Source of the DNA: Staphylothermus marinus F1
Lineage (GTDB): Archaea; Thermoproteota; Thermoprotei_A; Sulfolobales; Desulfurococcaceae
NCBI RefSeq assembly: GCF_000015945.1
Contig: NC_009033.1
Location: 810,001 to 842,000, forward strand
Direction: 5' to 3'
Length of the DNA stretch: 32,000 nt
This document shows, one piece after another, positions 19,391 to 27,362 of the stretch (position 1 is the first letter of the stretch; each line of letters begins with the position of its first letter). Both the position numbers and the translations under genes were made by a program. The notes beneath the pieces are model-generated. The model saw only the letters and a program-made list of their open reading frames with translations, did no database searches and had not been told where the DNA came from.

Positions 19391-20055
19391 AAACACTGGA
19401 TAAGGGAGCAGAAGCATTATTGTTTCTTGGAAACTATTTTGGTAAAAAAGTTATTGTAAAATATAGGGTTAGTAAACCATATAGGCATCCCCGATTCGAC
19501 GAAGTATTTAGGTATTCTAGAACAAAAACTGAAGCAAAAATACTTTCACAACTATATCTTCGAGGACTAAATGTTCCAGCTCCTTTAATGGTTGATCTAA
19601 ACAATTATGTAATAGTAATGCAATATATTGAAGGAGTTAAGCTCATCAACATAATTGATACATTAGAAGACGAGAAAATAGCTAAATATGCATATGATCT
19701 AGGCTTTCAAGCAGGTATAATGCATTCACTCAATATTTACCATGGAGATCTAACACTTGCCAACATAGTCATTACTAGTGATGAAAAAGTATACATTATA
19801 GATTTCGGATTAGCTGGGTCCAGCAGAGATATAGAAGAGTATGCCATAGATATACACTTACTAAGAAGGAGTTTACAAGCAATAGTCCCTGATAAAACAA
19901 GCTATTTTATGAAATATTTTAGAAAAGGATACATTAAGGGTTATGGGGAAGGAGCAAAGGAAGTATTTGGGAGGGTTGAAGAAATAAGGTTGAGAGGTAG
20001 ATATGTTGAAGAAAGATTGAGAAAGAAGTATTTGAGGGAAACATATATTGAATAA
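19375..20055 (+). CDS. bud32: KEOPS subunit Bud32 (RIO-type small kinase/ATPase)
   Basis: GAEALLF...KYR..K.YRHP..D, HGDLTLANIV and IDFGLA kinase motifs. TTG start, 16-nt overlap with kae1 (genes unfused). Confidence 0.86.
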   Translation: MDTGLKTLDKGAEALLFLGNYFGKKVIVKYRVSKPYRHPRFDEVFRYSRTKTEAKILSQLYLRGLNVPAPLMVDLNNYVIVMQYIEGVKLINIIDTLEDEKIAKYAYDLGFQAGIMHSLNIYHGDLTLANIVITSDEKVYIIDFGLAGSSRDIEEYAIDIHLLRRSLQAIVPDKTSYFMKYFRKGYIKGYGEGAKEVFGRVEEIRLRGRYVEERLRKKYLRETYIE

Positions 20056-20629
20056 ACAATTAGAGCCAATATATTTCATTACTGGAAATAAACATAAACT
20101 ACTCGAAGTTAAACCTATCGCTGAAAAATACGGCTTTATACTAGTTCAATCAAACTATCCTAAACAAGAAATACAAGATTCTAACATCTTAAATATAGCA
20201 AGACATGCTGCTCTAAATGCTTATATGAATCTTAAAAAACCCGTTTTAGTGGAAGATGCAGGATTGTTTATTGATGCTTTAAAAGGATTTCCAGGTCCTT
20301 ATAGTAGCTATGTATTTAAGACTATCGGTATAACCGGTATACTTAAGCTTATGGAAAACATTGTTGATAGAAAAGCGTGTTTTAAATCCGCTGTTGTCTT
20401 AATATATGAACCGTTCATGATCTCCGTATTGGAGAAAACATGTGGTATAATTACTCGGAACCCGCGTGGCGAACAAGGCTTTGGATTCGATCCAATATTT
20501 ATACCTAAAGGATCAAGCAGAACATTCGCAGAAATGAGTATAGATGAGAAAAACAAGTATTCTCATAGAGCTAAAGCAGTAGAGAAAGCATTTTCAACCC
20601 TTAAACAATATTTTGAAAAACGGAATTAG
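20048..20629 (+). CDS. rdgB: Non-canonical purine NTP pyrophosphatase (ITPase, HAM1/RdgB family)
   Basis: IYFITGNKHKLLEV, VEDAGLFIDALKGFPGPYSS, GFGFDPIF and SHRAKA are family signatures. Confidence 0.88.
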   Translation: MNKQLEPIYFITGNKHKLLEVKPIAEKYGFILVQSNYPKQEIQDSNILNIARHAALNAYMNLKKPVLVEDAGLFIDALKGFPGPYSSYVFKTIGITGILKLMENIVDRKACFKSAVVLIYEPFMISVLEKTCGIITRNPRGEQGFGFDPIFIPKGSSRTFAEMSIDEKNKYSHRAKAVEKAFSTLKQYFEKRN

Positions 20630-20696
20630 GTTTAAAAACAGGTTATAATAATTCCTTAGTTAGTATATGGTGTAAGAGAATAGGAGGGACATATAG

Positions 20697-21161
20697 ATGA
20701 ACAAGAAAAGGGACAAAGGACAATCACACTCTACAAGACCTGCTCGAGCAGGGCCTCCGCGCTGGCTAAAACTTGATATGAGCCCCAGCGATATAGAGTT
20801 ATTAGTAGTTGAGTTGGCTAAGAAAGGATATACTCCTTCAATGATAGGAATTATCCTAAGAGATCAATATGGTGTTCCACTAGTTAAACAAGTTACAGGT
20901 AAAAAACTTGTTCAAATACTTGAGAAACACGGAATAAAACTGCCTGTTCCAGAAGACTTATTGTTCCTGATGAGGAAAGCAGTTAATTTAAGAAGGCACC
21001 TCGAAGAACATCCTAAGGATTTTCATGCAAAGAAGGGATTGCTTGACTTAGAATCTAAGATCCATAGGTTAGTCAAGTATTATAAGAGAATAGGTAGGCT
21101 ACCGCCTGATTGGAAATATACACCAGAGCAAGCAAAACTGATTGTATCAGCTTATCTCTAG
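20697..21161 (+). CDS. rps15: 30S ribosomal protein S15
   Basis: 154-aa S15P/S13e: PPRWLKL..., [47 protein letters not shown] lies upstream. Confidence 0.93.
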   Translation: MNKKRDKGQSHSTRPARAGPPRWLKLDMSPSDIELLVVELAKKGYTPSMIGIILRDQYGVPLVKQVTGKKLVQILEKHGIKLPVPEDLLFLMRKAVNLRRHLEEHPKDFHAKKGLLDLESKIHRLVKYYKRIGRLPPDWKYTPEQAKLIVSAYL

Positions 21162-21237
21162 CGATCACTATAATAAATCTTTTACACGATAATAATTAAT
21201 AGTTTCAACATTCTTATCCTATTATTGGGTTCCGGGT

Positions 21238-22407
21238 TTGAGTAATACATTAAATGATATTCTAAAAAGAATAAACGAATATGGCTATGTGCGGATAGTT
21301 CCAAGAATAGATCTAGATTCACTAGTAGCTTCTAGTATACTGTTTGAAAACCTAAATGAACATAGAATTAAAACAAGCATAAACTATGATCCCAAAGCAA
21401 TACTTGACCAAAAAGACGAACCCACAATATTGATTAACTTGCCTAAAACTAGGGAGCAAACTGACATGTTTACAATAAACTTTAATATGAGAGAAAGCGT
21501 TTCAGCATATGTTTCATACTATCTTGACAAAATATATGGTGTATCAATATATGATAAAATATTGTCTATAGCAACAGGTATTTACCAAAGCTTAGATACT
21601 GTTGAAGGATTTAAAGGGATTGAGTCAGAAATTTTGAAAGAACTGACTAGTAAGGAAATCATAGAATATGAACCTGGATTCAGGTTTTGGGGTAGGTTAA
21701 AGTTTGATCTAGTAAATTCAATCTATAGAACATTAATACCATTTATTCCAGGATTAACGGGGGAACCAGAAAAAATCAATGAATTGTTAAGCCATATTAT
21801 TGGTGGAAGAACAGAGATAGTTAAACATATTCATATAGAACAAAATAAGGATCTAGCTGCTAAATTCCTTGAACACTTATTAAATAATTTAAGTGTGATT
21901 ATAGGTGTTTCTAATGCTAAAAAAATCGTTAGAAAAATACTTGGGAACGTCTATATTGCAAAAATCAATAATAGAATTATCGAGTTAAACGAAGTTGTAG
22001 GATTACTTAATATATATTTATCTCTTAAGAAAAACAATCCTAGATACTTATCAATTATAAGTGTTGATCCAAACATTTTATTTGAAATAACAACTCTAAG
22101 TGATAACGTTATAGATGAATTAATTATTGATATATCGATTGCGCTAAATCAATTCATTAAAACAAAACAGAATATTTTCGAAATTGAAGAAAGCCTTGAG
22201 AGACCTGAGATATTTATTGAGATATTAAAATCTATGGATATGCTCCCCGAAAATAAGCCCATCATAATCTATTATGATGGTGAACACTATACAAGCCTAA
22301 GCGAGCTTTTCCGGATAGGTAACGAAGATGCTGAGACACTATATGCATATTGCGATGAAAACCAGTTATGCATGGTGGATCGTGATGGCAATATTATCAA
22401 GGCTTAA
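21238..22407 (+). CDS. RecJ/Cdc45-like protein with degenerate DHH motifs (RecJdbh-type, probable CMG accessory subunit)
   Basis: 389-aa ORF between S15 and Pcc1/S3Ae. It has an N-terminal DxD-like RIDLDSLVASSIL but no DHH triad anywhere. The S15-RecJ-like neighbourhood is recalled from comparative work on archaeal Cdc45 homologues. Confidence 0.5.
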   Translation: MSNTLNDILKRINEYGYVRIVPRIDLDSLVASSILFENLNEHRIKTSINYDPKAILDQKDEPTILINLPKTREQTDMFTINFNMRESVSAYVSYYLDKIYGVSIYDKILSIATGIYQSLDTVEGFKGIESEILKELTSKEIIEYEPGFRFWGRLKFDLVNSIYRTLIPFIPGLTGEPEKINELLSHIIGGRTEIVKHIHIEQNKDLAAKFLEHLLNNLSVIIGVSNAKKIVRKILGNVYIAKINNRIIELNEVVGLLNIYLSLKKNNPRYLSIISVDPNILFEITTLSDNVIDELIIDISIALNQFIKTKQNIFEIEESLERPEIFIEILKSMDMLPENKPIIIYYDGEHYTSLSELFRIGNEDAETLYAYCDENQLCMVDRDGNIIKA

Positions 22408-22414
22408 AATAATT

Positions 22415-22651
22415 ATGGAGGATGAAAAACTGGCAAAGGCTATCTATGAAATGCTTCATCCAGATAATTTAACAGCACCTGAATATATGTCTTTAAAAGA
22501 GAAAATATCGAGAAATAATGAAGAATACATTTATGAAGCTGAGATCACAGTGCCAAATGATCCTAAAAGATTTGATTCACTCAGAGGAACACTAGATGAA
22601 ATTCTTTCAATCACTGAAATGATAAATAATGTTTTGATAATGCTTAAATAA
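22415..22651 (+). CDS. pcc1: KEOPS subunit Pcc1-like protein
   Basis: 78-aa ORF MEDEKLAKAIYEML...DSLRGTLDEILSITEMINNVL. It parallels the Pyrococcus Pcc1 pattern (..DVAKVVYEAV......ALRGTVNSYLRWI...) as I remember it. ATG 22415 is preferred; the ORF-track start at 22328 lies inside the upstream gene. Confidence 0.6.
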   Translation: MEDEKLAKAIYEMLHPDNLTAPEYMSLKEKISRNNEEYIYEAEITVPNDPKRFDSLRGTLDEILSITEMINNVLIMLK

Positions 22652-22710
22652 CCCTATAACAAATCTTAAATGGACTTAGATAAGGAATCTAATACTAGAG
22701 GTATAGCTTT

Positions 22711-23349
22711 ATGCCAGCGAGAAGAAAATATGCTGTCCGAGATAAATGGAAGCTTAAGAAATGGTATGAGGTCATAGCACCTCCAGTATTTGGAAACATA
22801 GTTATTGGCACAACACCAGCTGATGATCCATTAAAACTCATAGGAAGAGTTATGGAGACAACTCTTTATGATATTACTGGTGATATTACACAGGTCCATG
22901 TAAGATTGTATTTCCAAATAATAGATGTTAAGGAAAATAAAGCTATAACCAGATTCAAAGGCCATGAGTTATCCAGAGATTACATAAAGAGTTTAATAAG
23001 GAGGAAAAGCAGTAAAATCCAGGGAATATTTAATGTAGTAACAAAAGATGGTTACCATTTAAGACTAACTATTATAGCTTTAACGAGTTATAGATGTAAA
23101 ACAAGCCAGAAAAGAGCGATTAGGAAAATAATGGAGGAATATGTTAAGGAGAGAGTTCCGCAACTAACACTTGATGAATTAATACATGAAATGGTATTTG
23201 GTAAAATGAGTGCCGTTATAGCGGAACGTGCTAGAAAGATTTATCCTATTAGAAAAGTTGAAGTATACAAATCGAAATTGTTAATGATACCTACACCAGA
23301 AGGACCAAAACCAGCAGTAGTTATATCACCGCTTCAGTTGGGAAGGTAA
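22711..23349 (+). CDS. rps3ae: 30S ribosomal protein S3Ae
   Basis: RDKWKLKKWYEVIAPPVFG...ETTLYDITGD...KGHELSRDYIKSLIRRKSS is the S3Ae/S1e signature. Confidence 0.92.
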   Translation: MPARRKYAVRDKWKLKKWYEVIAPPVFGNIVIGTTPADDPLKLIGRVMETTLYDITGDITQVHVRLYFQIIDVKENKAITRFKGHELSRDYIKSLIRRKSSKIQGIFNVVTKDGYHLRLTIIALTSYRCKTSQKRAIRKIMEEYVKERVPQLTLDELIHEMVFGKMSAVIAERARKIYPIRKVEVYKSKLLMIPTPEGPKPAVVISPLQLGR

Positions 23350-23576
23350 TTAATTAAATATGAAGCAAAATAAAAATGCTTAATTCGTTTTAATTAATTA
23401 TTTGTTTAATCTAAGATATACTGGGACAAGTTTCTATTGATCTATTTAATATACTTGCCTAATATATTCGACATATTTGTATATCTATGCTTAGATAAGT
23501 CATAGTTAATAATGGATTCTTGGCGATATCAGATTATAGGAAACGGTGATAGTTTTTGATTAACCATGATGCGTTG

Positions 23577-24044
23577 ATGCAATATAACATACTTATTAAA
23601 ACAAGTCTCGGATTCGAAAAAATTGTAGCAACAAGGATACAGGAATTAGATCCTGAAGCGAAGGTTTTACCCGAACCAATGAATTTTAAGGGATTAGTAC
23701 TTGTCAAAAATGGTAGATTTTCAAGAGACGAACTAGTTGAGCAAATAGCTAGGAACGTTGTTGAAGCAGAAAAGATTATACCAATAGATAAAGCTACAAT
23801 TGCTGATCCAAATGTGATCTGTGAAGAAATAAGAGATGTTGTAACTGAGAAAATTGATGAGAAAAAATCTTTTGCAGTAAAAACAACTAGAAGGGGAAAA
23901 CACGGATTTACAAGTATTGATGTAAATGTAATAGTCGGTGATTGTATTAGAAAATACACTGGAGCATCAGTTAATCTCCGTTACCCAGATATTATAGTAT
24001 ATGTTGAAATAAAAAGGTCATCGTCGCTTATCCAGATAGGTTGA
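23577..24044 (+). CDS. THUMP-domain ORF; probable 5' half of an IS-disrupted THUMP-SPOUT RNA methyltransferase gene
   Basis: [17 protein letters not shown]...[27 protein letters not shown]...[14 protein letters not shown] is a THUMP fold pattern. The last ~10 codons ([10 protein letters not shown]) are read from IS-derived DNA in another frame of the tnpA fragment. Confidence 0.6.
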   Translation: MQYNILIKTSLGFEKIVATRIQELDPEAKVLPEPMNFKGLVLVKNGRFSRDELVEQIARNVVEAEKIIPIDKATIADPNVICEEIRDVVTEKIDEKKSFAVKTTRRGKHGFTSIDVNVIVGDCIRKYTGASVNLRYPDIIVYVEIKRSSSLIQIG

Positions 24045-24257
24045 CGAGGTTGGGGTTTAAGACGTTGGAGGAGTTTTTCAAGAGCTATGGAACCGAGATA
24101 GTAGTAATAAATGAGAAGGAGAAGACAGCGCAGGAAGAGCTTGTGGAGGATTTAATCACGATAATTTCTCACTTCGCTGGAAAACTGTATGGAATCAAGG
24201 AGTCATAAGTACAGAAAGGTGGTTGAAGGTGCAAAGAAGCTCATACGTGATCCTTAG
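24008..24257 (+). pseudogene. tnpA: tnpA remnant: C-terminal part of an IS607-type serine recombinase, 5'-truncated and frameshifted
   Basis: Translation gives [65 protein letters not shown], then a +1 shift near 24200 to [26 protein letters not shown] and FAGKLYG..SHKY.K are hallmark C-terminal motifs. No N-terminal catalytic-Ser or MerR-like part is present. Confidence 0.78.
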
Positions 24258-25488
24258 CTACAGGGTTAAGCATAACTACGATGTAAGTGAGTTTCTGAAT
24301 AGCTACAGGTGTCTTTTGCAGAGAGCAATAGACACTATTTGGGAGGGTATTGAGTGGAGGAGAAAAGGTAAAAGGCTGATCCCAATAATCCCCAAATCCA
24401 GAAAGTTTAAACGAGAATTAAGAAACTACTTGCTCCAAAACTGGAACTACGCTTCCCACTACGTGGACTCCGCAATCAAAACAGCTTACTCCATTCTGAA
24501 CTCGTGGAGAAGAAACTATCTCAAAGGGAGGAGAGGTAGGAATAAACCAGTTATAAGAAGAAAGTTCGCTAGAGTTAAAGAAACCCTTTACACGTTTAGA
24601 GACTGGAGAATAAGAGTAACTGTAAAGCCATACAAGCTCAGCCTCGATTTTGATCTATCAAGAGCATGGTTCAGGAAGAGAGTCAAAGGCTGTGATCTTG
24701 GAGAATTGATTCTAAAGGAGAATGAACTGATCGTAACTTTCAAGAAGGTAGTTAGAGAGAAACCTAAGAAGAAGATTGCATGGGACATGAACTTACTCAG
24801 CATGGACGGGTTCTGCGATAGAGGTTGGGTTAGAGTTGATCTAAAACCTCTCTACACGTTACATATAACCTATGAGAACCTGAGGAGGAAGATTCAGAGA
24901 CTGGTGAAGAGAAAGTCGAAGACGGCAAGAAAGCTTATGGAGAAATATTCCAGAAGACATAGAAATAGGGTTAGAGATTCCCTGCACAAGTTGACGACAG
25001 GAATTGCAAGAGAATTCAAGGATTACGAACATGGATTCGAAGATTTGGAGAAGTATGGGATGTTCAGCAAGAGGAAAACTCACAACAGAGTAATCTCAAG
25101 ACAGAACTGGAAGCAAATAATATCTTTAATGAGCTACAAAGCAAGCGTTAAGCTACTTAATCCCCGGAACTCAACAAAAACCTGTCCCAGATGTGGTGGA
25201 AGAATGAAGCACCGAAAGGGACAGGTTTTGACGTGTGGTAAGTGTGGTCTGAAAATAAACAGACAGCTTAATGCTTCAATAAATCTATATCTAAGGATGT
25301 GGGGTTTTCCTCCCTCTCCAAGCACCTTCTACCGTGTGGTGATTAGGAGGATGATCCCTCGGTTGAAGGTGTGGATGAGGAGAGGGAGTGGGGTTACCCT
25401 GAAAGGGTGCGAGACCGATGATATACCCCTGATGAACCCCGAGGAGGCTGAGGTTGATGTACACCAAGGGTTTGGTAGACCTTCATAG
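24223..25488 (+). CDS. tnpB: TnpB (IS605 OrfB-type RNA-guided endonuclease family), full length, with atypical RuvC-III motif
   Basis: 421 codons with RuvC-I KIAWDMN (D188), RuvC-II GFEDLEK (E273), a YKA...NPRNSTKTCPRCGG...CGKCG zinc ribbon, then INRQLNASINL. Start is TTG 24223 or GTG 24229 (SD GGTGG at 24218-24222). It overlaps the tnpA end, as in IS607 elements. Confidence 0.9.
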   Translation: MKVQRSSYVILSYRVKHNYDVSEFLNSYRCLLQRAIDTIWEGIEWRRKGKRLIPIIPKSRKFKRELRNYLLQNWNYASHYVDSAIKTAYSILNSWRRNYLKGRRGRNKPVIRRKFARVKETLYTFRDWRIRVTVKPYKLSLDFDLSRAWFRKRVKGCDLGELILKENELIVTFKKVVREKPKKKIAWDMNLLSMDGFCDRGWVRVDLKPLYTLHITYENLRRKIQRLVKRKSKTARKLMEKYSRRHRNRVRDSLHKLTTGIAREFKDYEHGFEDLEKYGMFSKRKTHNRVISRQNWKQIISLMSYKASVKLLNPRNSTKTCPRCGGRMKHRKGQVLTCGKCGLKINRQLNASINLYLRMWGFPPSPSTFYRVVIRRMIPRLKVWMRRGSGVTLKGCETDDIPLMNPEEAEVDVHQGFGRPS

Positions 25489-25545
25489 GCATTAGTAGCC
25501 TTTGGTCTACCAAACCTGAACCCCTTACCTAGGACCATTAGACTC
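25300..25545 (+). ncRNA. Putative omega-RNA (reRNA) scaffold of the TnpB element (extent approximate)
   Basis: By analogy with characterised TnpB systems, the guide RNA derives from the tnpB 3' end plus the right end. Visible structure: ACCCT-GAA-AGGGT (about 25396-25408) and a 13-bp perfect stem, 25469-25481/25504-25516, enclosing the TAG stop with an inner AGGC/GCCT stem. The 5' limit is a guess. Confidence 0.35.
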
Positions 25546-25555
25546 CGTAATAGTT

Positions 25556-26068
25556 ATGGGGAAAAGAATTGGGAGGGAGATACAGAATTTTGAAGTAAGA
25601 GAACTAGTGATAGCTCCCGTTGGAATAGTTGAAGCCTATCCATTAGCTCTATTCATCGAGAGTGTGGTTGAAGGTATAGAGTCTAGATATAGAGTGCAGA
25701 GTAAAGCTTATCATCGAAGAGTTCATAAAGTCCCAGTATATTTAATGGATTTGCATCAACTTGTTAGGGATAGAAGTAATGAGGTGATAATTGTTTTTGA
25801 GCCTGAGGGGAAATATATTGGTGATGTTGAAGAAGAATTGGCAGAGCTTGTTATTAAATCTAAGAAGCGTGTAAACTTGTTGTTTGGCTCCAGAACAGGT
25901 ATACCTGTTGGAATATATAGATATGCTGATTTAGTGGTGGATATTGCGCCCGGTATTACATTATCTACGGATTATGCTGCAGCAGCGGGCTTAATAGCTT
26001 TGGCAACAACAATATATAGTAAGTATAGGTTGATGAATGATGAAGGCAATAATTCTAGCAGCAGGTAA
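25556..26068 (+). CDS. SPOUT-class methyltransferase-like ORF; probable 3' half of the IS-disrupted THUMP-SPOUT gene
   Basis: LLFGSRTGIPVGIYRYADLVVDIAPGITLSTDYAAAAGLIALATTIY resembles the SPOUT trefoil-knot cofactor motifs. There is no SD before ATG 25556, and the frame stays open upstream into the IS edge (back to 25520). Confidence 0.55.
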   Translation: MGKRIGREIQNFEVRELVIAPVGIVEAYPLALFIESVVEGIESRYRVQSKAYHRRVHKVPVYLMDLHQLVRDRSNEVIIVFEPEGKYIGDVEEELAELVIKSKKRVNLLFGSRTGIPVGIYRYADLVVDIAPGITLSTDYAAAAGLIALATTIYSKYRLMNDEGNNSSSR

Positions 26069-27317
26069 AGGGTTAAGGCTTAGACCAATCACTGAGACTA
26101 GACCTAAGCCTCTCATACCTGTTCTATGTAAACCGCTTCTTCAATGGCAACTAGAAGCATTAGCGGGGATTAATGAAGTAGATGAGGTTGTAATAGTTGT
26201 TAGTTATTTAAAAGAACAAGTTGAACAGTTTGTTGGAAAATTGAATATGCCGTTTAAAATAACCCTTCTTGACCAGGGAGAAGAGCTTGGTACAGGAGAT
26301 GCTATACTAAAAGCGATTAGAAAAAGAGGTATTGATGGGAAAATATTGATTATTTATGGTGATATTTTTCTTAAAGACTGGAATGAGTTGAAACAACTGG
26401 TTTTAACAAGAAAAGATTTCATAGTGGGTGTTGAAGTTGATAATCCTAGTGATTATGGAGTAATAGTTGTTGATGAATATAATTCGTTCAAGGGAATAAT
26501 CGAGAAACCAGCTATTCCCCCATCTAACTTGATCAATGCTGGACTATATTTCTTGGATGCTAGAGATATACTTAAACATAGCGATATAGAATTGAGTCCT
26601 AGAGGGGAACTTGAATTCACAGACATACTTTCATCAATGGCTAGAAACGGTGTTGAGATAAAGGTTTATCAACTATCTAAAGGAAAATGGATCGACATAG
26701 GTAAGCCTTGGCATTTACTAGATGCGAACAAGATGGCATTAGAGAATATATCAACTAAAATAATTGGTTCAATAGAGCCGGGAGCCCATGTGCATGGTAG
26801 GGTATTTGTTGGAGAAGGTACAATTGTTAAGTCAGGAACATATATTGAAGGACCTGTTTATATAGGTAAAAACACTGTTATAGGTCCAAACGCGTATATA
26901 AGACCATACAGCGTAATATGCGATGGATCAAAAATAGGTTTCTCCGTAGAAGTTAAATCAAGTCTCATAATGGAAAAGGTACATATTAGTCATCTAAGCT
27001 ATGTTGGAGATAGTATAATTTGTGAAAACGTAAACTTTGGTGCTGGCACGATTACAGCTAATTTAAGATTTGATGATAAACCTGTTAAGATGAATATTAA
27101 GGGGAGAAGGGAATCTAGTGGTAGAAGAAAGCTTGGAGCAATTGTAGGTGCATATGTAAAGACAGGTATAAACGTCTCATTAATGCCCGGCGTAAAAATA
27201 GGTTCTTATTCATGGATTGCTCCCGGCGCAATTGTATACAAGGATATACCCCCTAGAAGCTTCTATAGATGGATGGGGATAGGGTATATAGAGAACCTTA
27301 AAGAAAATGAAAAATGA
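26037..27317 (+). CDS. Bifunctional sugar-1-phosphate nucleotidylyltransferase / left-handed beta-helix acyltransferase (GlmU / ST0452-like)
   Basis: N-terminal ILAAGKGLRLRPITETRPKPLIPV nucleotidyltransferase signature. The C-terminal third is made of hexapeptide repeats (VHGRVFVGEGTIVKSGTYIEGPVYIGKNTVIGPNAYI...). Confidence 0.85.
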   Translation: MMKAIILAAGKGLRLRPITETRPKPLIPVLCKPLLQWQLEALAGINEVDEVVIVVSYLKEQVEQFVGKLNMPFKITLLDQGEELGTGDAILKAIRKRGIDGKILIIYGDIFLKDWNELKQLVLTRKDFIVGVEVDNPSDYGVIVVDEYNSFKGIIEKPAIPPSNLINAGLYFLDARDILKHSDIELSPRGELEFTDILSSMARNGVEIKVYQLSKGKWIDIGKPWHLLDANKMALENISTKIIGSIEPGAHVHGRVFVGEGTIVKSGTYIEGPVYIGKNTVIGPNAYIRPYSVICDGSKIGFSVEVKSSLIMEKVHISHLSYVGDSIICENVNFGAGTITANLRFDDKPVKMNIKGRRESSGRRKLGAIVGAYVKTGINVSLMPGVKIGSYSWIAPGAIVYKDIPPRSFYRWMGIGYIENLKENEK

Positions 27318-27362
27318 GGAATAAACGAGTAGCAAAAATAATTATTTGGTGATCAAATAGAA

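Larger units (their letters stand above)
24008..25545 (+). mobile_element. Decayed IS607-family (serine-recombinase TnpA + TnpB) insertion-sequence remnant lacking its left end
   Basis: Contains only the 3' part of tnpA plus a complete tnpB. It is visibly richer in G+C than both flanks. The left breakpoint (about 24005-24017) and right boundary (about 25520-25550) are estimated from reading frame and composition only. Confidence 0.75.

Noticed and set aside
20967-20974. CUGAUGAG hammerhead-core-like octamer in rps15.
   Set aside because: No helix II, GAAA element or flanking helices I/III can be formed, and it sits in a conserved CDS (..FLMRKAV..).
22328-22414. N-terminal 29-codon extension of the Pcc1-like ORF overlapping the RecJ-like gene.
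   Set aside because: The extension (MLRHYMHIAMKTSYAWWIVMAILSRLKII) lies inside the upstream gene in another frame. ATG 22415 begins the conserved Pcc1-like sequence just after that gene's stop.
23347-23400. 12-bp inverted repeat TAATTAATTAAA / TTTAATTAATTA with an inner AAGCA/TGCTT hairpin after rps3ae.
   Set aside because: It is composed only of A/T, and TTAATTAA is self-complementary, so the repeat is trivially generated by low-complexity sequence. At most it is a T-rich termination region.
25424-25452. CTGATGA-12 nt-CTGA (C/D- or K-turn-like half motif) in the tnpB 3' region.
   Set aside because: Only one box pair is present with no partner boxes. It lies inside coding sequence (..PLMNPEEAEV..), and I could not draw a convincing K-turn. 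It is mentioned only as something to look at if an omega-RNA is mapped.
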